Source: a virus
Lineage: Duplodnaviria > Caudoviricetes
Reading direction: 5' to 3' (one strand)
DNA length: 64,000 nucleotides
IMG/VR virus record: IMGVR_UViG_2595698619_000001
Location: 1-64,000 of that record
A model generated the notes under the pieces. That model was not told where the DNA came from and made no database searches. It saw nothing but the letters and a program-made list of their open reading frames with translations. The position numbers were made by a program, and so were the translations under genes. Shown piece by piece: positions 17,690 to 27,082 of this stretch; within the stretch, counting starts at the first letter, position 1, and each line of letters opens with the position of its first letter.

Positions 17690-18271
17690 CTACAGGTCCG
17701 ATGAGTCAGAGATAACCTCGACCGCGTCAGCAACCGAGTCAACGCGGTAGACGTTCGACCGTTCCTCGACGTTCTGGTTCCACGGCCGGTCAACGAGGAA
17801 CTGCACCTGCTCGTCCGAGATGTTGTCTGCGAGCTGCGGCTTGTCGTCTATGAAGTAGTGGTAATCGAGGTTCGCCTTCGACTTGCTCGGGTGCAGGCTT
17901 CTGAACTGCGACGTGAGCGGGAGAATCGCTTTGTCTCCCAGCCAGAATCTCATCTCATGCTCGACGCCGACACGCGCCGTCACTATGTCAACGATGTAGT
18001 CGAGAGCGAGGTCCTCGATAGCATCCAGCAGTTCGTCCTCCGGGTCGCACGTTGGAATCGTCATCCACTCGTCTTCCCAGGCGTGGTGGACGATGGACAT
18101 GAACTCCCCGAAGTCACGTTCCTCCTGCGAAACCCAGTCCCAGTCATCGACCTCGTGATACTCGTACCGTCGTCCGTACCGCTCGTTGAGCTCCTCGATG
18201 TAGACCTGGTGCGTGTCAGCGAGAACGCTCTCGAGGTCGAGCGATACGCGGGGAGGATGTACGTCTGTCAT
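17690..18271 (-). CDS. HAD-family 5'(3')-deoxyribonucleotidase-like protein
   Basis: LDLESVLAD, IVTAR, FIDDKP, PWN. Confidence 0.8.
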   Translation of the reverse strand: MTDVHPPRVSLDLESVLADTHQVYIEELNERYGRRYEYHEVDDWDWVSQEERDFGEFMSIVHHAWEDEWMTIPTCDPEDELLDAIEDLALDYIVDIVTARVGVEHEMRFWLGDKAILPLTSQFRSLHPSKSKANLDYHYFIDDKPQLADNISDEQVQFLVDRPWNQNVEERSNVYRVDSVADAVEVISDSSDL

Positions 18272-18993
18272 GGTGCCAGTCGATTCTTCCGATGAACCAT
18301 CTCTTCAACTAACGTTTCTCGTTCTTCGTATTGCATTTTGATGTCTGCTGGCATTTCTTGGTCACCTACGACGATGTAGGTGGTGTCCGGGTGCTGTTCG
18401 ATAAATCTTTGCGCTTTTTCGATTGAATGCTCATCCGCGTATCCTTTCACTTCGATTATTGTATCACCAACTCGGAAGTCGGGGTAGTAGTTGATTCCAT
18501 CCAGGTCGTACAATTCAGGCTCATACTCGTACTCGATTCCAGCACGAACGAGGAGCAAAGCGACCTCCTTCTCCCAACTCGAACGGACGATATGGTCAAG
18601 TTCGTCATGGTGGATGATGTTAGGACCTCGAGGTTCATGTCCTTCTGCTGCTTCGGACATTTTCTCGATGGATTCTTCAGTATGCTCTCGTCCGTACCAC
18701 GGGTGGTCCTCGGAGGCTACATCCTTCCACGGAGCATTTTCACTGCACGCCTCACTCCGCTTTTGTTTCTCTTCGTCGCTCATTGCTCCACGGTTAGTGA
18801 ATTCTTCACTTTCTGTGTACGACTCTCTATTCTCATCCCACGCACGTTTGTTTCCCTCACTGACCTTCTTGCGGTGAGATTCGGGGAGCGACGCTTCGAT
18901 GTCCAGCGTCTCTCCGTGCTTGAGTTTATGATGGATTTTGAGTCCTCGTTTGGTATCGGATTCGTCCTCACACCCCGGATACGGGCATTTCAT
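18268..18993 (-). CDS. Zn-finger/NUMOD3 PD-(D/E)XK homing endonuclease
   Basis: C2H2 finger, HPWYGREHTEESIEKMS, RSSWE, YYPDF, IEVKG; AT-richer; carries a ThyX-like tail. Confidence 0.8.
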   Translation of the reverse strand: MKCPYPGCEDESDTKRGLKIHHKLKHGETLDIEASLPESHRKKVSEGNKRAWDENRESYTESEEFTNRGAMSDEEKQKRSEACSENAPWKDVASEDHPWYGREHTEESIEKMSEAAEGHEPRGPNIIHHDELDHIVRSSWEKEVALLLVRAGIEYEYEPELYDLDGINYYPDFRVGDTIIEVKGYADEHSIEKAQRFIEQHPDTTYIVVGDQEMPADIKMQYEERETLVEEMVHRKNRLAP

Positions 18994-19031
18994 CGATTCT
19001 ACTTAGGATGCCTTTGGCCTTAAAGTCCTGG

Positions 19032-19799
19032 TCAGGGTGCTAATCTGTTTTTGCGGTGTATCATTTCTTCACGGTAAAATCCAAAAGTCAGCGGCATCCA
19101 CTCCTCTGCGAGGTCGAGCACCTCGCCAGTCAGTTCTCGAATCTCCCACTGCGCGTCTGCCTGAGCGCGCATATCCGCGACGTGCATGAGCGTCCTCGCG
19201 TTGAGGGTCATGTAGATGTTGACCTTGGAACCGATGGGCAGAACGAAGCGCGCGTCCTCCGGAGGCCATCCGAGCGCGACGAGGTTCCGGTACGCTTGCA
19301 CGGAATCCTGAATCGCCTTCTCGAAGGTCGCCTGTGCCTCCTCGAACTGCTCACCGACCGGGACACCTGTACGCTCCTGCACCTCCTCAGGCGTCGGTGT
19401 ATCGGGGTTGCGCCCGACGTGTTCTCGGTCCTCTGCCGACTTCGGACGGACGACCAGTTCCTCGGCGTCGGTGTCCGTGAAGTCGACGTAGCGCTGACTC
19501 TGGATGTCGAACGTGATTCCCGTTCGGTGTCGAGTCAGTTGCGCCATCAGCGAGCGTGAGACACCCTCGATAGCGAAGGTAATCTGCGGATGCTCGAACG
19601 GGCCGAAGTGCCCCTTCTTCATCAGGCGCTTGAGGAACGCACGCAGTTGTTCTTCCCAGTTGCCCTCGTCCTCGCGAATGGACTGGATGAGCTCATCGTT
19701 CGTCTTGTCGGCAACGAAGGATTCCATGTAGTCGTTCTTCGCCGCCCGCGCGACATGGAAATCCGGTTGCTCTGTTGACCGTTCTACCTCAACTCGCAT
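19032..19799 (-). CDS. thyX: Flavin-dependent thymidylate synthase
   Basis: GHFGPFEH, QLTRHR...QSQRY, EDARFVLP, AQWEIR. Confidence 0.95.
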   Translation of the reverse strand: MRVEVERSTEQPDFHVARAAKNDYMESFVADKTNDELIQSIREDEGNWEEQLRAFLKRLMKKGHFGPFEHPQITFAIEGVSRSLMAQLTRHRTGITFDIQSQRYVDFTDTDAEELVVRPKSAEDREHVGRNPDTPTPEEVQERTGVPVGEQFEEAQATFEKAIQDSVQAYRNLVALGWPPEDARFVLPIGSKVNIYMTLNARTLMHVADMRAQADAQWEIRELTGEVLDLAEEWMPLTFGFYREEMIHRKNRLAP

Positions 19800-19842
19800 A
19801 CACGAGTTCTTTCGAGTTTCCGCGTGGTATAGGTACGGAGAC

Positions 19843-20160
19843 AGAGACGCGCGTTTTCTTAGCCGAAGGATACTTGTCACGTCATGCCGAACGTGGGAAC
19901 GCACAGGAGAACAACGAAGGCAGGCGGAAAAGCCATCCTGCCCGTCCACAGCACCCGTTGGCGTTCGAGTCGTCATCCCTTCCACTCTCGTCCTCGTGGG
20001 GGCGAAAAAACGCGCTCACGGTGGACGAGATTCGCTTTCAAGAGAGAACAAGCAGACGCGCGTCTCTCGGGTTCCTTCTGACTCCGATACATCGTAGGCG
20101 CTCGGCCCAGAGGTCGAGACAGGTCGGAAGCTCTTGCGCGAGAGAAGGAGCTGAGGGCGA
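19843..20160 (+). ncRNA. Candidate structured non-coding RNA
   Basis: 12-bp inverted repeat (19843-19854/20056-20067) enclosing several hairpins; further hairpins downstream. Confidence 0.4.
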
Positions 20161-20162
20161 CC

Positions 20163-20903
20163 CTATCGTCGAGACGCGCGGTTCGAGGTCGGGTCGCTCG
20201 GCATGTCGTCTTTCACCTGCGAATAGCGCGAGATGTACGAGTGAACCGTAGATTCCGAGTATCCCGTCGCTTCTGCCAAGATATGGTGGTCTGTACCCCA
20301 ATCTCGGGCGATATGCCAGGTGGTTGCGAGGGTTTCTCGCCCCTCACGCTTGCGGTCTTCGTAGGAGAATCCGTCCTCTTCCCACACCATATCCCGGACG
20401 GTTTGCGGTTTCAACCCGAGACGACGGGACGCTCGCTCGATATCCAGGCAGTATCGGGCGGCGGTGTCGAGCCAATCGAGGCGTTTCTCCCGTAGATTCG
20501 ACCGAACTTCCCGATTGACCGACGGAGAACAGTGTTTCTGGTGGGAATTCTTGTGCTGCGTGCCCCCGAACGTCGCAGAACAGTTGGGACACTCGACGGA
20601 GATGTCCGAATAGGACCTGGCATCGGGGTTCGTCGGGTTCACCCACCAGTTCTTGCCCGACATAGGCGAACGCCACGCGCCGAGCATGTTCATAATCTCC
20701 TCAGACACACCGTAGACCTCGCGTTCGTCGTCCACAACGTCCTTCAACTTGAACGTGAGGATGAGCTTGTCCTGTCCGTTCTCCTCCCAACCCTCGAACG
20801 ACGAACGAATCTTCGCCATCAGCTCGAACGGGTCATAGACGCGACTACGATACGGGAGAAGGAAGTTGTGGACATCCTCGCGCCCGAGCTGACGGTCACT
20901 CAT
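20163..20903 (-). CDS. Zn-finger plus HTH DNA-binding protein
   Basis: CPNC..H..C; two HTH-like segments (ASRRLGLKPQTV, LAEATGYSESTV). Confidence 0.6.
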   Translation of the reverse strand: MSDRQLGREDVHNFLLPYRSRVYDPFELMAKIRSSFEGWEENGQDKLILTFKLKDVVDDEREVYGVSEEIMNMLGAWRSPMSGKNWWVNPTNPDARSYSDISVECPNCSATFGGTQHKNSHQKHCSPSVNREVRSNLREKRLDWLDTAARYCLDIERASRRLGLKPQTVRDMVWEEDGFSYEDRKREGRETLATTWHIARDWGTDHHILAEATGYSESTVHSYISRYSQVKDDMPSDPTSNRASRR

Positions 20904-20905
20904 GG

Positions 20906-21478
20906 TTACTCCTCGTCGTACTCGTCGAGGTTTTTCTCGTTGATACCGTCCAGCCGGCGTTTGAACTCTGCCTTCTTCGAGCGAGCGTGCTTCACTGCGT
21001 CACCGGAGAAGTCGTAGTCACCGTCCGTGCCGAGAGGATACCCGAACGTCTCCATGTCCTCGTAGGTGACCTTCGACCCGTCCTCCTCAGCGAAGTACGC
21101 GAACAGCTCGATGGGGAACAGGAACGCGCGGTCCTCCTCCCAACCCATGCGAGATTCTGGGTCGCCACGCGCTTCGAGCGCGACGAACATATCTCGACCC
21201 GACACCTCACCGTACTCCATCTGCCGCTCGATTTGGTCGGGGTCGTAGTTCCCGTTGAAGTAGAAGCGATACTTCGAGTTGATAGTCTTGCACTCGATGC
21301 CGATGTAGTACGCCTCTTCGGGTGAGTCAACGAGCAGGTCGCCTGTAACCTGGTCGGCCTGGAAACCGTGTCCTGCTCGCGCACTGAACGACTGCCGCCG
21401 TAGGAGGACAACACCGGCATCGCCAACCGCGTCCTCAAGCGAGTGCCATATCGTATCTTCAAAGTCCTTGCCAGCCAT
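20906..21478 (-). CDS. Holliday junction resolvase-like PD-(D/E)XK nuclease
   Basis: GKDFE, GDLLV, IECK. Confidence 0.7.
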   Translation of the reverse strand: MAGKDFEDTIWHSLEDAVGDAGVVLLRRQSFSARAGHGFQADQVTGDLLVDSPEEAYYIGIECKTINSKYRFYFNGNYDPDQIERQMEYGEVSGRDMFVALEARGDPESRMGWEEDRAFLFPIELFAYFAEEDGSKVTYEDMETFGYPLGTDGDYDFSGDAVKHARSKKAEFKRRLDGINEKNLDEYDEE

Positions 21479-21479
21479 G

Positions 21480-21962
21480 TCAGTTCACCTCCTCTGCTGC
21501 TTCGACGTGCTCCCACGTAGCACCACGCGAGATTTCTCCTATTGCTTCACGACTCACTCCGTACTCATCCGCTATCTGCTTTTGAATCATGTTGGTGTTT
21601 TCGAGTTTCCACTTGATGACTGCTACGTCGTCGTTCGACAGCGAGGAGCGTGGATGGTCCTCGCCGACTGGATATTCGTAGTCTCTCCTCTCCTGCCAGT
21701 CGTCCATGTTATCCTGCTGTGTACCGATGTAGAGGTGGTCAGGATTGACGCAGGAAGGATTATCGCAGTGGTGCAGGACGTACTGACTGCCTGGGCTGTC
21801 ACCGTGTAGCATGAGGACGACACGGTGTGCCAGTTCTACACGTCCATCGTATCCGAACTGACCGTATCCGTCCTCGTTCCGGTGATACTGCCACTCCCAG
21901 CACTCCTCCTCAGACCCAACATCTGCTTTGTCGAGCAAGCGGGAGTTAGTACTGTTTGCCAT
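21480..21962 (-). CDS. HNH homing endonuclease
   Basis: CWEW, GYG, AHR, HHCDNPSCVNPDHL, C-terminal HTH. Confidence 0.9.
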   Translation of the reverse strand: MANSTNSRLLDKADVGSEEECWEWQYHRNEDGYGQFGYDGRVELAHRVVLMLHGDSPGSQYVLHHCDNPSCVNPDHLYIGTQQDNMDDWQERRDYEYPVGEDHPRSSLSNDDVAVIKWKLENTNMIQKQIADEYGVSREAIGEISRGATWEHVEAAEEVN

Positions 21963-22257
21963 GTTTATGCTCACGCCCCTCGTTGATGGCGTTCTTCCGC
22001 TTGATTTCTTCCTCGAGGTTGATGCCCTCCGTCTCGGCGTGGTCGAGGACACGGATGACGATGTCCGCGAGCTCCTCCGCGTAGAGTTCATCGTCACCTT
22101 CACGGTCAGCCTCGAGCGCCTCGGACACTTCGGAGTGGATGAGGGCGAGAATCTTCGCTCGACTGCGTGCGTCCTCGCCTGCCTCATCGCCTTCATGGAA
22201 CCCGCTGTCCTCGGCAATAGCCCATGCCTCTGCCTGGAGTCGTCGTAGGTCAGTCAT
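21946..22257 (-). CDS. MazG-like NTP pyrophosphohydrolase
   Basis: LIHSEVSEALEA...EELADIVIR. Confidence 0.85.
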   Translation of the reverse strand: MTDLRRLQAEAWAIAEDSGFHEGDEAGEDARSRAKILALIHSEVSEALEADREGDDELYAEELADIVIRVLDHAETEGINLEEEIKRKNAINEGREHKHGKQY

Positions 22258-22393
22258 CGTTGTGTTCTACCTCGTCTGCTGCGTCGTTCAGTTCTTTCGC
22301 CATGTACCGCGCCTGGTCGGGAGTCATCGACTCCGTCATCCCTTCCATCGTCACGTAGACGAACGTGTCTCCGGGTTCGACGGGCAAGCTCAT
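22250..22393 (-). CDS. Small hypothetical protein
   Basis: MSLPVEPG...; fills the gap and is coupled. Confidence 0.5.
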   Translation of the reverse strand: MSLPVEPGDTFVYVTMEGMTESMTPDQARYMAKELNDAADEVEHNDD

Positions 22394-23850
22394 TCTTCTG
22401 CCTTGAGGTTGTGAACCGGCGTCAGCGTTTCCTCAACCGATGCTGTCTCCTCGATACGTTCGAGGATAACGTCCCGCGACTTGTACGCCATCGGCGCCTC
22501 GTCAATCGTATCCCCGGTGACTGAGGTCGAGAAGATGCCGTCCATCTCCTGCGAAAACTCAGCGAGGTCGAACTGACGGAACGCCCAACGACGTGAACCG
22601 CGTCGTCCGGCACCGTGAGGGGCGCTACGATTCCACTCGTCGTTCCCCTCACCGCGGACGATAATCGCACCGTCCCGCATATTGAACGGGATAACGCCTC
22701 GCTCTCCCTGATGTACGCGGGTCGCACCCTTTCGGATGGTCAGGTCGTCGAAGTCGATGTAGTTGTGAGTCGAGACGATGAGGTCCTCCGGGTCCCACTG
22801 ACGAACACCGAGGACGTGCGCGACGGAATCGACCATCTGGAGACGCGACTCGGCAGCGTAGGTCTGCGCGAATATCATGTCTCGCAGGTAGCCGTGACGG
22901 TCCTCTCCTTCGAGGAAGTCGAGGTCGTCTCCGCCCGCGTTCTCACGCAAGTAGGACGAGACATCCTTCATCTCGTTGATGAGGCGACCGATTTCTTCGC
23001 CCTCGTAGTTGAGTCGAACCCATGACGTGTCCTTCCAGTCCTCGCCCATGCCGCCCTGCACCCAGTTGAGGAGTTCTCGGTCGGACACGTCCTGCACGTC
23101 GAACTTGTACGCGCCGTCCGGGAGGCCCGAGAGCATGTCGCGCACCGTGTCTGCTCTGTCGTCCTGCGCCTGGTGCGCCTGCTCCTGCCAGTACTCCGCG
23201 ACGCTGAGCCCGATGCCACGCGACCCAGAGTGAACGACCACCCAGTAGTCGCCTGTCTCGTCCGAACGGGAAATCTCGACGAAGTGATTGCCACCACCGA
23301 GCGTGCCGATGCTGTTGATGGCTCGGTTCACGTCGTATCCCACGCGCTCGCACAGGTCGAGGAAGTACTCCTTACCGTAGTCAGGCGACTCGATGGGTTC
23401 GCCGTTCCAGTTGTCGTTCAGCGACTGGAGTTTCTGCTCGCACGCCTCCCACGGGAAGTCGTTGACGATATGATACTGCTGCTCGATATGAGTGTCCGCG
23501 AACGTGTTCCGACCCATCGGAACGTGCGCACGGATTGACTCATCGAGGTCGCGCATGAGCCCATCGTCACCGAGACGAATCTCGAGCTCGTCAGGACGCC
23601 CGAGGCGAAGCGCGGTCATCCCGCAACCGATGTCCACGCCCACGGTGTTCGGGCAGATACGTTCACCGAGTTCCATCGTAAACCCGATGACCGCGCCCGC
23701 ACCAGCGTGAGCGTCGGGCATGATTCTGACCGGGTTCTGGAACGCCTCGTGGTTGACCAGTTCCTGCACCTGCTCGATACACGTCTCGTCCACCTCGTCG
23801 GTGAAGATTCGCGCGTCGGTGTGCCGTCCGTTGATGTTTATCTCACTCAT
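22390..23850 (-). CDS. rtcB: RNA 2',3'-cyclic phosphate/5'-OH ligase RtcB
   Basis: MPDAH, VDIGCG, GGGNHF, HSGSR, HNY, HGAGR, DEAPMAYK. Confidence 0.95.
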   Translation of the reverse strand: MSEININGRHTDARIFTDEVDETCIEQVQELVNHEAFQNPVRIMPDAHAGAGAVIGFTMELGERICPNTVGVDIGCGMTALRLGRPDELEIRLGDDGLMRDLDESIRAHVPMGRNTFADTHIEQQYHIVNDFPWEACEQKLQSLNDNWNGEPIESPDYGKEYFLDLCERVGYDVNRAINSIGTLGGGNHFVEISRSDETGDYWVVVHSGSRGIGLSVAEYWQEQAHQAQDDRADTVRDMLSGLPDGAYKFDVQDVSDRELLNWVQGGMGEDWKDTSWVRLNYEGEEIGRLINEMKDVSSYLRENAGGDDLDFLEGEDRHGYLRDMIFAQTYAAESRLQMVDSVAHVLGVRQWDPEDLIVSTHNYIDFDDLTIRKGATRVHQGERGVIPFNMRDGAIIVRGEGNDEWNRSAPHGAGRRGSRRWAFRQFDLAEFSQEMDGIFSTSVTGDTIDEAPMAYKSRDVILERIEETASVEETLTPVHNLKAEE

Positions 23851-24073
23851 GCAGTCCCACCACGTCGGGATACGCTTCAGCGAGGTCGCTGTCGTCGGTG
23901 ACGCCCTTCGTCTTGAGACGCAGTTCGAGCGTCTCCATCGACCGTGGTCGGTCGTCGTCGAGTAGCGGGTTCGGGTCCGACTTCTCAATCAGTAGCTCGA
24001 TGACTTCTCCGTCCTTGAGACGCTCCACCGTCGAGTCGGAAAGAGCGTCGAGTATCGCTTGTCGTTCTGTCAT
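23843..24073 (-). CDS. Hypothetical protein
   Basis: Coupled acidic ORF. Confidence 0.6.
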   Translation of the reverse strand: MTERQAILDALSDSTVERLKDGEVIELLIEKSDPNPLLDDDRPRSMETLELRLKTKGVTDDSDLAEAYPDVVGLHE

Positions 24074-24220
24074 TCTTCTCCTCCGTGGAGTTGACGGTGA
24101 ATCGACTTCGCACGTTTCTCTCCTATCCCGTCAATCTGCTTGAGGTCCTCCACGTCAGCTTTAAGTGCGGCGGATAGTGACCTATACCTTTGCTCCAAGA
24201 CACGAGCGGTCTCTGGCTTG
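24070..24220 (-). pseudogene. Orphan C-terminal HhH segment paralogous to the ERCC4 nuclease tail
   Basis: ADVEDLKQIDGIGEKRAKSIHRQLHGGE versus ATVSDIASVGGFGEKTATSVYTQLHDGE. Confidence 0.6.
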
Positions 24221-24223
24221 TAG

Positions 24224-25132
24224 CTAAAAATCGAGTACATTTGTTCCACCACCTCTACTATCTTCTCTCATATCAACACCCCCAATTCTTGAAGCGTCGT
24301 AATTAGTAAAGAGCACTTCTTGGGTTACACTATGCTCTTGTTTGTTACCACTTGGACCGTTTTGATTTGTTTTGGCATCATCCTTATACACGTTCCAACC
24401 AGTCAGATTAGTTCTATATAATTGAGAATCGTAAGAAGAGATACCGACATACCCGTCCATATTACGCGCGACGCTCAACAGTTCTTCATGGTCTTCATCA
24501 GAAAACTCATTAGAACCGTAAGCACCTTCTGAGTTTTCTCGAACCTCTACAGGATATGGTGGGTCCAAATAGAACACGGTCTCTTCAGCGTCATATTCCT
24601 CGAGTAGCTTGATAGCATCTCGATTTTCTATTTGAACGTCTGAGAACCTCTCAGCTACGACTGCCAATTGCTCTATCTTATTCCTATACTTGTTAATATC
24701 CAACGGAGATTCGCCACGTATTTGAGTTATTGTACGTGCCCATTCTCCTTTACTTCGAGCTTCAAACATCCTAGAGTACCTTCCTTGCTCGCAAAGAACG
24801 AAAAACAATCGAGCACGTTCAATTTTTTCTAATTTCTCGATACCGTCAGACTCTAACTCAACAGCACGCTCAAACTCATTCCTAGAATAAGGAGTTAATT
24901 CGAGTTTTCGGATGAGTTCTTCAGCGTCGTCTCTCAACACTTCAAAGAAATCAGTAACCAGCTTTTCCACGTCATTATATGTCTCATGCTCAACTTTTGT
25001 GCGGTTGCAGAGTATCGTTGCTGAACCACCGAAAGGTTCTACATACCTTTTCGTAATAGGTAAATGTTCTAAGATAAAACTACAACTCCTGTACTGCGAA
25101 CCGAAGTAGGTGAAAGGGTAAATCTTACTCAT
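24224..25132 (-). CDS. Dam-like N6-adenine DNA methyltransferase
   Basis: EPFGGS, YNDV, LDPPY; clearly AT-rich. Confidence 0.9.
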   Translation of the reverse strand: MSKIYPFTYFGSQYRSCSFILEHLPITKRYVEPFGGSATILCNRTKVEHETYNDVEKLVTDFFEVLRDDAEELIRKLELTPYSRNEFERAVELESDGIEKLEKIERARLFFVLCEQGRYSRMFEARSKGEWARTITQIRGESPLDINKYRNKIEQLAVVAERFSDVQIENRDAIKLLEEYDAEETVFYLDPPYPVEVRENSEGAYGSNEFSDEDHEELLSVARNMDGYVGISSYDSQLYRTNLTGWNVYKDDAKTNQNGPSGNKQEHSVTQEVLFTNYDASRIGGVDMREDSRGGGTNVLDF

Positions 25133-26303
25133 CGTTATCGCTCCATGGAACCTCAATTGACACCCGTTCCGAAGGTTCTTTCGGGTTAACGTCCCTCCAC
25201 GACTGCTCAGACGCTATTTTACGTACCGTCTCCTCAGCAACGTCGTACTCCCATGCTATTTCGGCTTGTGAGTAGTCACTGTTGACGATTAGCCACTTGA
25301 TGACTGCCACGTCATCTTCGGCAAGTTGCGAATTACCGTTATCTTCGCCCGATACGAACGTCTCGGGCTGTCGCATAGCACGGTCCTGCATATTATCAGA
25401 GTGGTCTCCTGAGTAGAGATGCTCTGGGTTGACACAGGACTTGTTGTCACAGTGGTGGAGAACGAAGTCGTCCTCAATCACTCCGTACTCCAGCATGTAC
25501 GAGAACCGATGGGCGAATACCGACTCTCCAGCGATGAACATTACACCGTAACCGTGTCCGTCGTCAGTCCCCTTCCACTCCCAGCACTCATCTTCGTCGC
25601 GTCGGTCGACTTTCGCCCAAAACTCACCGTCATGCAACTGCGTGTAGACGGAAGTCGCAGTTTTCTCACCGAACCCCCCGACACTTGCTATATCAGAAAC
25701 GGTTGCGTTCTGAATATCACGCATACCGCTGAACTCTTCACCGAGGTCTCGTGCCCGCGTCTCTCCAACCCCCTCCAGCGAACCGAGTGCCCGAAGGTAG
25801 AACGAAGCGTCCTTCTCTACGACAGACGCCTGTAGCGACGACGCTGACGGGTCCTCCTTGTGTTTCCTTGCGAGGCGTATCGCCATGTCCACGAGCCCAT
25901 CTGCGTCGGAGCAGAAGCGCACACCTTCGAGATATCGCACGTCGGTCGAGGCGACGCTTCCGACGAGTGACGATGCCGAGATGTTCGTCCCGGTCAGCGA
26001 GCGGAAGTCCTCCTGATTCCCCTCGATGAGGATGTACGCGGGTCCGTCGAAGTCGACCAGTTTCTGAATCTGCTCGTCCAGGCGCGTCCCCTCCTTACCC
26101 ATCAGCGTGCCTGCGTAGTCGCTGGGTGTCTTCCGCTCGAACACCACGGTGAGGTCGCTGTCGTCGAAGGTGAGTTGCAGGTCGCCTTCGTCGAGCGCAG
26201 CGAGTTTCCAATCCTCAACGTCCGGGTGGTCGCTGAGGGCGGTTAGCATCTGCGGTGCGTCCTGCTCGTGTACGTCGAGTTTGACTGTGACTTTCTCTTT
26301 CAT
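25125..26303 (-). CDS. ERCC4/XPF nuclease-HhH fused to an HNH endonuclease
   Basis: GD..ERKTPSD, ILIEG, two HhH motifs, then FWAKVD..CWEW..HHCDNKSCVNPEHL. Confidence 0.88.
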   Translation of the reverse strand: MKEKVTVKLDVHEQDAPQMLTALSDHPDVEDWKLAALDEGDLQLTFDDSDLTVVFERKTPSDYAGTLMGKEGTRLDEQIQKLVDFDGPAYILIEGNQEDFRSLTGTNISASSLVGSVASTDVRYLEGVRFCSDADGLVDMAIRLARKHKEDPSASSLQASVVEKDASFYLRALGSLEGVGETRARDLGEEFSGMRDIQNATVSDIASVGGFGEKTATSVYTQLHDGEFWAKVDRRDEDECWEWKGTDDGHGYGVMFIAGESVFAHRFSYMLEYGVIEDDFVLHHCDNKSCVNPEHLYSGDHSDNMQDRAMRQPETFVSGEDNGNSQLAEDDVAVIKWLIVNSDYSQAEIAWEYDVAEETVRKIASEQSWRDVNPKEPSERVSIEVPWSDNDE

Positions 26304-26437
26304 TCTGACCACCTGAGCATGAGGTGGAGTGCGATATTCGTAAGCGCTTCTGCCAGGCAGAAGATGACGCGCATGAACGCGAAGAACATGAGCGTCCCGA
26401 GGACGATGGCGAGTAGGAGGACAGGTTCAGATACCAT
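26300..26437 (-). CDS. Small membrane peptide
   Basis: MVSEPVLLLAIVLGTLMFF; coupled. Confidence 0.45.
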   Translation of the reverse strand: MVSEPVLLLAIVLGTLMFFAFMRVIFCLAEALTNIALHLMLRWSE

Positions 26438-26579
26438 CGGATGTACTGAGTCCTCCTGCTTCCTCGCCTACAGTGTTCGTCGCGCAGTCGGGACAGGCGT
26501 GTACGACTCCATCGTTGTCGCCCATGACGCGAGCGAACTCCGCGGAGACGTGACCGTCGCAACCCTGACACTCAGGCAT
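26427..26579 (-). CDS. Small haloarchaeal Zn-finger protein
   Basis: MPECQGCDGHVS.EFARV.GD...ACPDC. Confidence 0.7.
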   Translation of the reverse strand: MPECQGCDGHVSAEFARVMGDNDGVVHACPDCATNTVGEEAGGLSTSDGI

Positions 26580-26832
26580 CGTCCTCCTCCCGAGTGCTCT
26601 CGGTGTCGAACTCTGCTGCCTGCCTGTCCTCGACGTTGCCCTCCAGCATGTTCTCGAAGTCGTGGTACACGCGGTCGGGCTCGTGACCGAGGTTCCGCAA
26701 CTTACCCTCGTAGGCGACGAGACGCCGGTTGACGTGTCGCACGACCGCTTTCTTCTCGTACCACTGCCACAACGCCACCAACGCGAAGATGACGCAGAGC
26801 ACCGCAAGCACGAGGGAGACGAGGTCAGACAT
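26572..26832 (-). CDS. Single-TM protein
   Basis: N-terminal hydrophobic helix. Confidence 0.6.
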   Translation of the reverse strand: MSDLVSLVLAVLCVIFALVALWQWYEKKAVVRHVNRRLVAYEGKLRNLGHEPDRVYHDFENMLEGNVEDRQAAEFDTESTREEDDA

Positions 26833-27082
26833 CCTCGGGCACCTCGTCGGGCAGCTTGTATCGCTTCCGACGCCCACCCTCCTGCTCGTCCTCGCAGAAG
26901 TACTGGAGCGCCTCGCGCACTCGAATCTCGTTGTGCTTGCTCGATTCCACGTCCATCGTATTACAGACGTCCACGACAGTCGCCGTCTGCCGCAGGTCGC
27001 AGTGCTTCCGCAGGAAGCGGTGAACGAGGACGCCTGCGCGGTCGTATGTGAGCTTGTCCTCTTCTTCGTAGAACTGACTCAT
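26825..27082 (-). CDS. Hypothetical (wHTH-like) protein
   Basis: Coupled ORF. Confidence 0.55.
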   Translation of the reverse strand: MSQFYEEEDKLTYDRAGVLVHRFLRKHCDLRQTATVVDVCNTMDVESSKHNEIRVREALQYFCEDEQEGGRRKRYKLPDEVPEDV

